A DNA stretch of 64,000 nt from Candidatus Velthaea sp. (GTDB lineage: Bacteria > Vulcanimicrobiota > Vulcanimicrobiia > Vulcanimicrobiales > Vulcanimicrobiaceae), in contig JBEKHC010000005.1 of assembly GCA_050012475.1 (NCBI GenBank), forward strand, positions 18,587 through 82,586. Direction: 5' to 3'. The notes beneath the pieces are model-generated. The model saw nothing but the letters and a program-made list of their open reading frames with translations, ran no database searches and was not told where the DNA came from. A program made the translations under genes and the position numbers. Of the stretch, positions 29,079 to 39,169 are shown piece after piece; within the stretch, counting starts at the first letter, position 1, and each line of letters starts with the position of its first letter.

Positions 29079-30218
29079 ATGGCGCCGATCCGCCGAGGGC
29101 TGAGCCGTAATTCCGATCCGGTACTCGCGGCCCGCGAGCTTGCCGATCAGTTGTACGCGCCCGATACCGGTGCGGTTATCTTCTTTTGCTCGGCGACGTA
29201 CGACCTCGAAGCGCTCGAGTCGGCGCTGGCCGATCGGTTCGCCGGAGCGAATCTGCTGGGTTGCAGCACCGCTGGTGAGATTTCACTGGAGGGGTATACC
29301 GAGCGGGCACTGGTGGGGATCAGTTTTCCGCGTTCGGAGTTCTTGGTCGTCAGCGACCGCTGCGAGCATCTCACGACCCGGTCGCTGCTCAGTGTTTGCG
29401 CGACGGTCGGCGGATTGGTCAAGCGCTTGCGCACGCAAGCGCCGAGCGCGAAGGCGAGCAATACGTTTGCCGTGCTGCTCATCGATGGGTTGGCCGGGCT
29501 CGAGGAGCCCATCCTCAGTGCGATCGTGCGCGAGTTGGGCGATATTCCGCTCGTGGGCGGGTCCGCCGGCGATAATCTGCGGTTCAAAGAAACAGTGGTC
29601 TTTCATGAGGGCGCCTTCTTTGCCGAGAGTGCGGTGCTGGCGTTGATTCATACCGAGCGGCCGTTCGAGGTTTTCAAGACGCAGCATATCCGCAGTCTCG
29701 ATACCAAGATGGTTATCACGGAAGCCGACCCGATGCGGCGCGTCGTCACCGAGATCAACGCCGAACCGGCGAGCGTTGAATATGCCCGGCTTTCGGGGGC
29801 GGGGATCGAACCGCTCGCACCGATGCAGCTTGCGACCCATCCGCTTACCGTTCGCGTGGGCGGCGACGACTACGTGCGCTCGATCCGAAGCGTCAACGAG
29901 GATTCGAGCCTGACGTTTTATTGTGCGATCGATGAAGGGCTGGTGCTTTCTGCCGGCACCGGCATCGACATGGTTCGCGATTTGCAGCGGCTGTTCACGA
30001 GGATCGAACAGGCCGTCGGGCCGCCGGCTGCGGTTTTGGGATTCGATTGCATTTTCCGGCGGCTTGAATTGCAGACGCGCGGGATGGAAGCGCACGTTTC
30101 GGGGATGCTGGCGGCGAACAACGTCGTGGGTTTTTCGACGTACGGCGAGCAGTTTCAGGCGATGCACCTCAACCAGACGTTCAGCGGTATCGCGTTTGGC
30201 CGGAGCGGCCGGCGGTGA
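29079..30218 (+). CDS. nosP: FIST-domain sensor, NosP-like
   Basis: GCSTAGEI, DGL..LEE, GGSAGD, FDCIFRR, GFSTYGEQ; coupled to a hybrid kinase. Confidence 0.88.
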   Translation: MAPIRRGLSRNSDPVLAARELADQLYAPDTGAVIFFCSATYDLEALESALADRFAGANLLGCSTAGEISLEGYTERALVGISFPRSEFLVVSDRCEHLTTRSLLSVCATVGGLVKRLRTQAPSAKASNTFAVLLIDGLAGLEEPILSAIVRELGDIPLVGGSAGDNLRFKETVVFHEGAFFAESAVLALIHTERPFEVFKTQHIRSLDTKMVITEADPMRRVVTEINAEPASVEYARLSGAGIEPLAPMQLATHPLTVRVGGDDYVRSIRSVNEDSSLTFYCAIDEGLVLSAGTGIDMVRDLQRLFTRIEQAVGPPAAVLGFDCIFRRLELQTRGMEAHVSGMLAANNVVGFSTYGEQFQAMHLNQTFSGIAFGRSGRR

Positions 30219-31609
30219 GCGCGATCTTCGAGGACGGGCGTCCGTCCGTAGGCGATCTTGCGCGCGAAAACAAGAAGCTGCGCAAGATCGTCAGCGTGCT
30301 CATGAACCGCGTCGAGCGCAGCACCGACGCGCAGGGGAACGCGTTCAGTTTGTTTCAAGCCGCGATCATCTTGGAGTCGACGGTGCGCGAGCGGACGGCC
30401 GAATTGCAGTCGCTCAACGGCCGGCTGTCCGATGAGATCGACGAGCGCCGAGCGATCGAGGCGGCATTGCAGATCGCCAAAGCGCAAGCCGAGCGCGCCA
30501 ATGCCGGCAAGACGGAGTTTCTGGCGGCGGCCAGCCACGACTTGATGCAGCCGCTCAATGTTGCACGGCTCTTCGTCGACGCGATCGCCGAGCGGCCGCT
30601 CGACGCGCAGACGACGCAGATGCTCGAACGGGTTGCGCGTTCGCTCGAAAGCGCTGAAACTTTGTTGCGAACGCTGCAGGAGATGTCGCGCTTAGACGCC
30701 GGTGCGCTGCGCGTCGAGATGAGCGACTTCGCGCTCGAACCGCTGCTGCATCACCTCGCCGGCGAGTATGGGTTGGCGGCCGAAGAACGCGGGCTGCGGT
30801 TGCGCGTCGTTCCCTGCGATGCCGTGGTTCATAGCGATCGGGGCCTGCTCGAACGCATCGTGCGCAACTTGCTCAGCAATGCTCTGCGCTATACGGAGCG
30901 AGGCGGGATTCTGCTGGGCGTGCGGAGGCGCGGCGACACCGCGCGCGTTGAGGTCTGGGATACGGGCCCGGGCATACCGGCGGCAAGTCTGAGCGATATC
31001 TTCCGCGAGTTTCACCGGCTTGCCAATCGCAATCGCGGGCAGGACCGCTCGCCCGGAATGGGACTCGGTTTGGCGATCGTCGACCGGATCGCACCGCTCA
31101 TCGACGCGACGGTCGACGTGCGGTCGCGTGAGGGGCGCGGCTCGGTCTTCAGCGTGACGGTTGCGCTTGCCGCGGGCGAAGCCGCTCCGGCGGCGGCCGC
31201 GGTGCCCAGCGAACGGGCGGGCGAGGTGTTTCGCGGCCGCACCGTGCTCATCGTCGACGACGACGGTGCTGCGCTCGACGGAATGCGCCGGATTTTGCGC
31301 GGCTGGGGCATGGACGCGATTGCCGCGCGTTCGGTCGACGACGCCGTCCGCTTCTCGCTGGGGCGGCGCGAACTGCCCGCCGTCATTCTCGCCGACTACC
31401 ATTTGCTCGACGGCGCGACGGGTTTCGATGCGATCGATGCGGTTCGCGCATCCTTTGCGTGCACGAAGATTCCGGCGATCGTCATCAGCGCCGACCCCAA
31501 CGAAGCGACACGCCGTCGCGCGGCCGAACGCGGCTTCGGCTATCTGGGCAAGCCGTTGCGGGTGGAGCGGCTGCGTTCGCTGCTCGCGCACATGTTGTCT
31601 GCCGCGTAA
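30215..31609 (+). CDS. Hybrid histidine kinase/response regulator, NahK/ErcS-like
   Basis: KLRKIVSVLMNRVERS coil, FLAAASHDLMQPL H-box, NLLSNA, DTGPG, GLGLAI, C-terminal receiver domain. Confidence 0.9.
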   Translation: MSAIFEDGRPSVGDLARENKKLRKIVSVLMNRVERSTDAQGNAFSLFQAAIILESTVRERTAELQSLNGRLSDEIDERRAIEAALQIAKAQAERANAGKTEFLAAASHDLMQPLNVARLFVDAIAERPLDAQTTQMLERVARSLESAETLLRTLQEMSRLDAGALRVEMSDFALEPLLHHLAGEYGLAAEERGLRLRVVPCDAVVHSDRGLLERIVRNLLSNALRYTERGGILLGVRRRGDTARVEVWDTGPGIPAASLSDIFREFHRLANRNRGQDRSPGMGLGLAIVDRIAPLIDATVDVRSREGRGSVFSVTVALAAGEAAPAAAAVPSERAGEVFRGRTVLIVDDDGAALDGMRRILRGWGMDAIAARSVDDAVRFSLGRRELPAVILADYHLLDGATGFDAIDAVRASFACTKIPAIVISADPNEATRRRAAERGFGYLGKPLRVERLRSLLAHMLSAA

Positions 31610-31690
31610 GGGAACCGGTTAGGCTCCCGAAATCTCGCGTCCAGCCGATCGGTTTGCGATCGCGCCGGCGGTTAAGGAGAAGAGCGACCG

Positions 31691-32662
31691 TTGGAAAAAT
31701 CGATGAGCACCGGCGCACCGTTCGACGTGATCACGATGGGCCGCAGTGGGGTCGACATCTATCCCCAGCAAATCGGCGTGTCGCTGCGCGACGTCACCTC
31801 GTTCGCGAAGTTTCTGGGCGGCACCGCGACCAATGTTGCCGTGGCCGCTGCGCGTTACGGTCGCCGCGCGGCGGTCATCACGCGCACGGGAAACGATCCG
31901 TTCGGGGCGTACATCCACGACGCGCTCAAAAAGTTCAACGTCGACGATCGTTTCGTCACCCCGGTTGCGCATCTCCCGACGCCGGTGGTCTTTTGCGAGA
32001 TTTTCCCGCCCGACCACTTCCCGCTGTACTTCTACCGGCTGCCCAAAGCCCCGGACTTGGAAATCTACGCAAGCGAACTCGACTTCGACGCCATCCGGGC
32101 CGCGCGAATTTTTTGGGTGACGGTCACGGGCCTCTCGCAAGAGCCCAGCCGCACCGCGCTGTTAGCCGCACTTGAAGCGCGCGCGAAGTCGGGTATTACC
32201 GTGCTCGACCTCGACTATCGTCCGATGTTTTGGGATTCACCCCAGGCCGCGGGGCCGTGGGTCCGGCGCGCGCTCGAGCACGTCACGGTGGCGGTCGGCA
32301 ATCTCGAGGAATGCGAGGTCGCCGTCGGCGTTCGCGAACCGCGGGCGGCGGCGCAGGCGCTGCGCGATTGCGGCGTCGAGTTGGCCGTCGTCAAACAGGG
32401 GCCCAAGGGCGTCTTGGCCGTCGACGGCAAGGGGTCGGCTGAAGTCCCACCCGTGCCGGTAACGGTCGTCAACGGCCTCGGGGCGGGCGACGCCTTTGGC
32501 GGCGCGCTGTGCCACGGATTGCTGGCTGGTTGGGATATCGAGCGAATCATGCGCTTTGCCAATGCCGCGGGTGCGCTCGTCGCCTCGCGGCTGGCCTGCG
32601 CGGACGCCATGCCCGATGAAGCAGAGGTCGAGGCGATGCTCACGCCGGGCGTCCATGCATAA
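31691..32662 (+). CDS. iolC: 5-dehydro-2-deoxygluconokinase
   Basis: GRSGVDIYPQQIG, FLGGTATNVAV, DLDYRP, NGLGAGDAFG (PfkB); start may be ATG 31703. Confidence 0.92.
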   Translation: MEKSMSTGAPFDVITMGRSGVDIYPQQIGVSLRDVTSFAKFLGGTATNVAVAAARYGRRAAVITRTGNDPFGAYIHDALKKFNVDDRFVTPVAHLPTPVVFCEIFPPDHFPLYFYRLPKAPDLEIYASELDFDAIRAARIFWVTVTGLSQEPSRTALLAALEARAKSGITVLDLDYRPMFWDSPQAAGPWVRRALEHVTVAVGNLEECEVAVGVREPRAAAQALRDCGVELAVVKQGPKGVLAVDGKGSAEVPPVPVTVVNGLGAGDAFGGALCHGLLAGWDIERIMRFANAAGALVASRLACADAMPDEAEVEAMLTPGVHA

Positions 32663-32837
32663 CGGCGGACTCGACGCGATTCGCAGCGCGGGCCTGCGGC
32701 CCCTGACCGCGCTGCGGCAGCCGTCGGTGGTGGGCTTGGTGATCGGCCGGCGCCTGTTGTATCCTCCGGATGACGACGTCGCGGCCGCGGTCGACACGTC
32801 GGTGAGTCTGTTTGCGGAGCGTGCGAGCCTTGTCTAA
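32655..32837 (+). pseudogene. Internally deleted iol-cluster aldolase (Cgl0159/DeoC-LacD-like TIM barrel) remnant
   Basis: 60 aa ending GLVIGRRLLYPPDDDVAAAVDT, the C-terminus of the roughly 300-aa aldolase usually found between iolC and iolB in actinobacterial-type clusters. Confidence 0.7.
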
Positions 32838-33723
32838 CGAGCGCTATATTCCGGCCCGCGCATCGGCGCACGGTCCGTTTTCCGCCGTCGTCACTCCCGA
32901 GCGCGCCGGCTGGGGATACAGCAGTTTACGCGTGCTGGAGCTGCCGCCCGGCGAATCGATCGAATTCGATACGGCCGGAGACGAGATGCTCGTCTTGCCG
33001 CTGAGCGGCGCGTGCGCGGTCGAGTGTGACGATCGGCGGATCGAACTCACCGGCCGCGGCTCGCTGTTCACCGAGGTCAGCGATTTTGCGTACCTGCCGC
33101 GCGCCGCAAAAGTGCGGGTCGCGACGGTTGGCGGCGGGCGCTTCGCGTTACCGGGAGCGCGCGCCGAACGCCGGTTTCCATTTCGTTACGGACCGGCGGC
33201 GAACGTTCCGGTCGAACTCCGCGGCGCCGGGGCCGCCAGCCGGGAAGTCCATAACTTCTGTTCGCCCGAGGTCTTCGAGGCCGATCGGCTCATCGCGGTC
33301 GAAGTCCTGACGCCGGGCGGGAATTGGTCGTCGTATCCGCCGCACAAACACGACCAGCATCGCGCCGGTCTGGAAGAAGCGCTCGAAGAGATTTATTATT
33401 TCGAGGTTGCGCCGGGGATGGCCGGTGCCGGCTTCGCGTACCAGCGGGTGTACGCGTCGGATCCGCAGCACCCGATCGACGTTTGTACCGAAGTTCGCAG
33501 CGGCGACATCGTGCTCATTCCGTTCGGCTATCACGGACCGTCGATGGCCGCGCCCGACTACGATCTGTATTATCTCAACGTCATGGCCGGTCCGGGCGAA
33601 CGCGTCTGGCGGTTTTGCGACGATCCCGCGCACGCGTGGATTCGCTCGTCCTGGGCCGGGGCCGAGATCGATCCGCGCCTTCCAATGACTTCTGCCATCT
33701 CCACGTCTGGGCAAGCAACATGA
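32812..33723 (+). CDS. iolB: 5-deoxy-glucuronate isomerase
   Basis: EVLTPGGNWSSYPPHKHD, LEEIYYF, GYHGP, YYLNVMAG; true start may be 32830. Confidence 0.93.
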   Translation: MRSVRALSNERYIPARASAHGPFSAVVTPERAGWGYSSLRVLELPPGESIEFDTAGDEMLVLPLSGACAVECDDRRIELTGRGSLFTEVSDFAYLPRAAKVRVATVGGGRFALPGARAERRFPFRYGPAANVPVELRGAGAASREVHNFCSPEVFEADRLIAVEVLTPGGNWSSYPPHKHDQHRAGLEEALEEIYYFEVAPGMAGAGFAYQRVYASDPQHPIDVCTEVRSGDIVLIPFGYHGPSMAAPDYDLYYLNVMAGPGERVWRFCDDPAHAWIRSSWAGAEIDPRLPMTSAISTSGQAT

Positions 33724-35597
33724 GTTTGAACGGCAAAATGTATCGTCTCACCGTCGCGCAAGCACTGGTGCGGTTTCTGGCCGCTCAGTACACGGAGCGC
33801 GACGGGATCGAACAGCGGTTGATCGCCGGGTGTCTAGGCATCTTCGGGCACGGAAATGTTGCGGGCGTGGGCCAAGCGCTGCTCGAAGCGCAAGACGACC
33901 TGCGCTACTTTCCGGCGCGCAACGAACAGGCGATGGTGCATATCGCCGTTGCGTACGCGCGCATGAAGAATCGGCTTTCGACGTATGCGTGCACGTCGTC
34001 GGTGGGTCCGGGCGCGACCAATATGATCACCGGCGCCGCGCTTGCGACGATCAACCGGCTGCCGGTGCTGCTGCTGCCCAGCGACACGTTCGCAACACGC
34101 AGCGCCGGCACGCTGCTGCAAGAGCTCGAGGATCCAGCGACCCTCGACGTCACGGTCAACGATTGCTTCCGCCCGGTCTCGCGGTTTTTCAGCCGGATCG
34201 AACGGCCGGTGCAGCTGCTGACGGCGGCCGTCGCCGCGATGCGCGTGCTGTCCGATCCGATCGAGACCGGCGCGGTGACGCTGGCGCTGCCCGAAGACGT
34301 GCAGGCCGAAGCGTTCGATTGGCCGGCCGAATTCTTCGCCAAGCGCGTGTGGCGCGTCCGGCGTCCGCCGCCGGACTTGGCCACGCTGCACGATGCCGCG
34401 GTGCTGCTGCGCAGCGCGCAGCGCCCGCTCATCGTCGCGGGCGGCGGTGTCATCTACAGCGAGGCCGTCGACGCGCTCAAAATGTTTGCCCAAGCGACCG
34501 GCGTCCCCGTGGCCGAGAGTCAGGCCGGCAAAGGCTCGCTGCCCTACGATCACCCGTGCGCGGTCGGAGCGGTCGGCGCGACCGGGACGGCTGCCGCAAA
34601 CGCGCTCGCGCGTGACGCCGATGTCGTGCTCGGCATCGGTACGCGTTGGAGCGATTTCACCACCGCGTCGCGCAGCATCTTCGCCGGTTCGGGCGTGCGC
34701 TTCATCAATCTCAATGTCGTCCCGCTCGATGCCGGCAAGCATGCCGGGATTCCGCTCGTCGCCGACGCCCGCGTGGGCTTGCTTGCGCTGCAGCAGGTGC
34801 TCGGCAGCTGGACCGTTCGCCGCGAGTACGGCGAGCGGATACGGGCGCTCGCGGCGGCTTGGGATGCGACGGTCGAAGCCGCGTACGGCCAGCGCCATAC
34901 GCCGCTGCCGGCGCAAGCCGAGATCGTCGGCGTCGTCAACGCGGTGAGCGAGCCGCGCGACGTCGTCGTTTGCGCCGCCGGAAGTCTCCCCGGCGACTTG
35001 CACAAACTGTGGCGCACGCGCGACCCCAAGGGCTATCACGTCGAGTACGGCTATTCGTGCATGGGCTATGAGATCGCCGGCGGCGTCGGCGTGAAGATGG
35101 CCGCGCCTGACCGCGAAGTCTTCGTGATGGTCGGCGACGGTTCGTACTTGATGATGAATTCCGAACTCGTCACCGCGATCCAAGAGGGCATCAAGATCAA
35201 CGTGGTTCTCATTCAGAATCACGGGTTTCAATCGATTGGCGAACTCTCGGAGTCGGTCGGGTCGCAGCGTTTCGGCACGCGTTACCGCTACCGCGACCCG
35301 GCGACGGGGAGGCTCGACGGCGGCACCCTGCCGGTCGATCTCGCCGCAAACGCCGCCAGTTTGGGTTGCGACGTCCTGCGGGCGAGTACGACCGCGGAGT
35401 TCCGGACGGCGCTCGAACGCGCCCGGGCCTCGACGCGCACGACCGTCGTCTATGTCGAGACCGACCCGCTCGTGACGGCCCCCGACTCCGAAGCGTGGTG
35501 GGACGTCCCGGTCGCGGAAGTGTCGCGGCTCGAATCGACGCAGCTTGCGCGTGAGGGGTACGTCGCGAGCAAACAGCACCAACGCCTGTATCTCTGA
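33720..35597 (+). CDS. iolD: 3D-(3,5/4)-trihydroxycyclohexane-1,2-dione acylhydrolase
   Basis: RLTVAQALVRFL, GIFGHGNVAG, EYGYSCMGYEIAG, GDGSYLM (ThDP). Confidence 0.95.
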   Translation: MSLNGKMYRLTVAQALVRFLAAQYTERDGIEQRLIAGCLGIFGHGNVAGVGQALLEAQDDLRYFPARNEQAMVHIAVAYARMKNRLSTYACTSSVGPGATNMITGAALATINRLPVLLLPSDTFATRSAGTLLQELEDPATLDVTVNDCFRPVSRFFSRIERPVQLLTAAVAAMRVLSDPIETGAVTLALPEDVQAEAFDWPAEFFAKRVWRVRRPPPDLATLHDAAVLLRSAQRPLIVAGGGVIYSEAVDALKMFAQATGVPVAESQAGKGSLPYDHPCAVGAVGATGTAAANALARDADVVLGIGTRWSDFTTASRSIFAGSGVRFINLNVVPLDAGKHAGIPLVADARVGLLALQQVLGSWTVRREYGERIRALAAAWDATVEAAYGQRHTPLPAQAEIVGVVNAVSEPRDVVVCAAGSLPGDLHKLWRTRDPKGYHVEYGYSCMGYEIAGGVGVKMAAPDREVFVMVGDGSYLMMNSELVTAIQEGIKINVVLIQNHGFQSIGELSESVGSQRFGTRYRYRDPATGRLDGGTLPVDLAANAASLGCDVLRASTTAEFRTALERARASTRTTVVYVETDPLVTAPDSEAWWDVPVAEVSRLESTQLAREGYVASKQHQRLYL

Positions 35598-35674
35598 CGG
35601 CCCCGCTCGAGAATCGCCCGCGGGCGTACGACGAGCCGGATCTCTCCGATGCCGCTGAAAGGTAAACACTACTC

Positions 35675-37189
35675 ATGAAAACGATGCTCAAGACGATCCA
35701 ACATCGCATCGGCGGCCGCGATACGAACGGGACTTCGCAGCGCACGGCTGCGGTGTACAATCCGGCGACCGGCGAACAGGAAGCCGAGGTGCTGCTCGCC
35801 GAGCCCGCCGACGTCGACGCCGCGGTGCAAACGGCGCACAAAGCGTTTCTCGAATGGCGGGACGCATCGTCGACGCGGCGCGCACGGGTGATGTTCGCTT
35901 TCCGCAATTTGGTTCTCAAGCATACCAAAGAATTAGCCGTAATCGTTTCCCGCGAACACGGAAAGGTCGTTTCCGACGCCCAGGGCGAGGTCACGCGCGG
36001 CATGGAGGTCATCGAGTACGCCTGCGGGATTCCGCAGCTGCTCAAAGGCGAATACTCCGATCAAGTCTCGGCCGACGTCGACCTGTTCTCGTTCCGCCAG
36101 CCGCTGGGCGTGTGCGCGGGCATCACGCCGTTCAACTTTCCTGCCATGGTGCCGATGTGGATGCATCCGGTCGCAATCGCGTGCGGGAACACGTTCGTGC
36201 TCAAGCCGTCCGAGCGCGATCCGTCGGCCTCGAATTTCGTCGCGAACCTGTACGCCGAAGCTGGCCTGCCGGACGGCGTCTTCAACGTCGTGCACGGCGA
36301 CAAGGTCGCCGTCGATGCGGTGCTCGATCATCCCGGCATCGCTGCCGTGTCCTTCGTGGGCTCCACGCCGATCGCGCGCTACGTGCACGAACGCGGGACC
36401 AAGAGCGGCAAGCGCGTTCAGGCTTTGGGCGGCGCAAAAAATCACGCCGTCGTCATGCCCGACGCCGACTTGGAGTTTGCCGCCAACCACATCACCGCCG
36501 CGGCGTACGGATCGGCGGGGGAACGCTGTATGGCGATCTCCGCAGTGGTTGCCGTCGGCGACGCGGCCGATCCGCTCATCGCGCGGCTCAAACAGAAAGC
36601 ATTGGAAGTAAAGGTCGGTCCGGGTTCCGATGCGTCATGCGACATGGGACCGGTCGTGACGGCGCAGGCCCGCGATCGCATCAAGGGCTACATCGACCGT
36701 GGCGCGGAAGCCGGGGCAACGCTGGTCGTCGACGGCCGCGATTGTTCGATCGACGGCTACCCCAACGGCTATTTCGTGGGACCGACGCTCTTCGACAAGG
36801 TCGAGCCCAAGATGGATATCTACACCGACGAAATCTTCGGGCCGGTGCTCGTCGTGGTGCGAGCTGAGACGCTCGTCGAAGCGATCGGCCTCATCAATGC
36901 CAACCCGTACGGCAACGGGACCGCGATCTTCACTAGCAGCGGCAGCGCCGCGCGCATCTTCCAGCGCGATATCGAAGTCGGCATGATCGGGATCAACGTG
37001 CCGATCCCCGTGCCGATGGCGTTCTATTCGTTCGGCGGCTGGAAGGCGTCACTATTCGGCGACCACCACATTCACGGTCCCGAAGGCATCAAATTTTACA
37101 CGCGCGGCAAAGTCGTGACGACCCGCTGGCCCGACGATGAAATCGCGTCCGCCAAACACGCCTCGATGCATTTCCCGACGGCGAAGTAG
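35675..37189 (+). CDS. iolA: CoA-acylating methylmalonate/malonate-semialdehyde dehydrogenase
   Basis: PFNFPAMVP, GGAKNH, GERCMA, INVPIPVP, FGGWK. Confidence 0.94.
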   Translation: MKTMLKTIQHRIGGRDTNGTSQRTAAVYNPATGEQEAEVLLAEPADVDAAVQTAHKAFLEWRDASSTRRARVMFAFRNLVLKHTKELAVIVSREHGKVVSDAQGEVTRGMEVIEYACGIPQLLKGEYSDQVSADVDLFSFRQPLGVCAGITPFNFPAMVPMWMHPVAIACGNTFVLKPSERDPSASNFVANLYAEAGLPDGVFNVVHGDKVAVDAVLDHPGIAAVSFVGSTPIARYVHERGTKSGKRVQALGGAKNHAVVMPDADLEFAANHITAAAYGSAGERCMAISAVVAVGDAADPLIARLKQKALEVKVGPGSDASCDMGPVVTAQARDRIKGYIDRGAEAGATLVVDGRDCSIDGYPNGYFVGPTLFDKVEPKMDIYTDEIFGPVLVVVRAETLVEAIGLINANPYGNGTAIFTSSGSAARIFQRDIEVGMIGINVPIPVPMAFYSFGGWKASLFGDHHIHGPEGIKFYTRGKVVTTRWPDDEIASAKHASMHFPTAK

Positions 37190-37204
37190 CTCCGGCGCGC
37201 GACG

Positions 37205-37996
37205 CTACGAACCGACGCTCATCGGCAGCTGCCCGTACTGACCGTCGCGCGTCATGTCGCGGGCTCGAGCAAGCGGGAGATCGAGCAGCGAATGAAAGCG
37301 GCCGCCGAAAGCATACACGTGCGCACGGAACGGCTCGAGACCGTCGAGCGTCGCGTGATAGCGCACGACGCCAAACGGAAATGCCGGGTGGTGCCAGAGT
37401 TGGACTCGTCGCAGGCGCTGCTTGGAGTTGGCGCTGCCGGCGGTGAACTCGGCGACGACGTGCGTGGCATCGACGTTGCGGCTGGCCGCGTGGATGGTCT
37501 GCGGGGCAACCGAGACGATCCGTATCGGCCGCGTATCGTAGAGGTAGGCTTCGTCGAACAGCCGCAACGTCGTGTCCGTACGGGCAACGTGACTGCCGTC
37601 GGTCGTGTCGCCGAAACGATAGATGAAATTCTCGGTTCGCCCGATGCTGACGAGCAACGGGTACGTATCGAGCAGCGATCCGAAGCGGCCGGCGCGCAAA
37701 TACGATTTGCGCATCGAACTCGGATTGCACGATCCGCCCGGACTGCCGATCTGCGTCTCGAAATACAGCAGCCGCTTCCCGTTCGGATCGCGCTCGAACC
37801 CGGCCCCGACTTGTTTCTGATACTCGGCGCCCGAACCCAAAATAATGCGGGTCCAACTGCCTGGCTCAATGCGCGGCAAGGACGCGAACAGCGTTTGCTG
37901 CGTCGTTACGCTGCCTTCGAGGCGGCGTGCGAAAGCCGCAAGCGGTACGCCTGCGGCTCCTGCCGCGAGCAGCGCGGCAAAGGTCGCGCGATCCAT
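37205..37996 (-). CDS. Uncharacterised exported protein, last gene of the PQQ-ADH operon
   Basis: ATG overlaps the cytochrome c stop (TGATG); Tat-like leader MDRATFAALLAAGAAGVPLAAFA; no recognised domain. Confidence 0.75.
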   Translation of the reverse strand: MDRATFAALLAAGAAGVPLAAFARRLEGSVTTQQTLFASLPRIEPGSWTRIILGSGAEYQKQVGAGFERDPNGKRLLYFETQIGSPGGSCNPSSMRKSYLRAGRFGSLLDTYPLLVSIGRTENFIYRFGDTTDGSHVARTDTTLRLFDEAYLYDTRPIRIVSVAPQTIHAASRNVDATHVVAEFTAGSANSKQRLRRVQLWHHPAFPFGVVRYHATLDGLEPFRAHVYAFGGRFHSLLDLPLARARDMTRDGQYGQLPMSVGS

Positions 37997-38394
37997 CAAA
38001 ACTTCATGCTGCTCGACTTGACGACGGCCGGCGTCAACGCTTTCGTTCCGGCCGCATGACCGTTGCGGCTGAGAATGTACGCGACGATATTGAGATACTC
38101 GGTGCTCGACAAACTGCCGGGGTTGCCGGCCGGCATTTGCGTCGAAATGAACTTGTAGGCCTCGCTGACCGAATCTCCGTTGAGCCCGCTGCCCGAGCCG
38201 GTGAGTGCCGGGGCCGAAACGCCCTCCAGCTTCGCCCCGTGGCAGCGCGAACACTGTGCCGCGTACGTTTTCGCGCCCGCGGACGCTTGGGCGCTGGTGA
38301 AAACGGACGGGCCCGAACTTCCCGCTTGTGACGACGCCACCGATGCGCCAGCGAAGATCGTAACGCCGAGCAGTGCGGCAAAATAAGGCTTCAT
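37996..38394 (-). CDS. Monoheme c-type cytochrome
   Basis: Signal peptide, CSRCH heme motif, distal QMP Met. Confidence 0.92.
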   Translation of the reverse strand: MKPYFAALLGVTIFAGASVASSQAGSSGPSVFTSAQASAGAKTYAAQCSRCHGAKLEGVSAPALTGSGSGLNGDSVSEAYKFISTQMPAGNPGSLSSTEYLNIVAYILSRNGHAAGTKALTPAVVKSSSMKF

Positions 38395-38398
38395 GTTT

Positions 38399-39169
38399 CT
38401 ATCCGTTCTCCCGTTCGTATGGACTGACGATCGATTCAAGTTCACCGCTGCGTTCGAGCCGAATGAGTGCGCCCTCGAAGCGGCGGGCCTGAGCGGGGTC
38501 GCTTTCAAGGTAGAGCGCGGCGATGTGCCAACGTGCGTGCGCAATATTCAGCGGCGATACGTAGAGGCCCCGCGCTTGGGGATGCGATGCCCGATAGCGT
38601 ACGAGCGACGGTTTCCACACCATCGCCGCGTCGGCATGCCGGGAGAGAAGAGCTTCCAAGACCTGTTCCTGGGTTTGGTAGGTGTCGGCGGTGTAGTTCG
38701 GGACCTTCCCGAACGCACCCGCGAGATAGAAGTGCGGTGACGTCGCCATCCCGACCGCGATCGTCATTCCGGGCCGGAGTGTGGCTTGGCGCAGCGGCGT
38801 GCGCCCGACCAGCACGTACGCCGTCGTCAGATAGGGTTTGGTGAATGCCAAACCGTTGGGCGGGTCGGGATCGGTCAGATCGACCGGGAAGCCCATGATG
38901 AGCCCGCATTTCAGATGTCCCAAATAAGCGAAGAAGCGATCGCTTACACCCGAGCTGCCATCGAAGGTGAAGGGTTTGAGCGGATCGCCGAAGCGCGCGA
39001 GTGACGCGACGATGCGGCGGTCGACCGCGTACGACGGACTTGACGAATCAAGACAGGCGGTGTTCGGGCGGGGCGGACCACCGGCAGCACTCGCCCCCGG
39101 CCCGTGAAGGCCGAGGGCGAGTGCTGCTGCCGCGAGGATCGCGCCGAATCGACGCGGCCGCAATGGCAC
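38399..39169 (-). CDS. MoxJ/XoxJ-like periplasmic substrate-binding protein
   Basis: Signal peptide, ACLD, KCGLIMGFP, FTKPYLTTAYVLV; lies between PQQ-ADH and cytochrome c. Confidence 0.8.
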   Translation of the reverse strand: MPLRPRRFGAILAAAALALGLHGPGASAAGGPPRPNTACLDSSSPSYAVDRRIVASLARFGDPLKPFTFDGSSGVSDRFFAYLGHLKCGLIMGFPVDLTDPDPPNGLAFTKPYLTTAYVLVGRTPLRQATLRPGMTIAVGMATSPHFYLAGAFGKVPNYTADTYQTQEQVLEALLSRHADAAMVWKPSLVRYRASHPQARGLYVSPLNIAHARWHIAALYLESDPAQARRFEGALIRLERSGELESIVSPYERENG

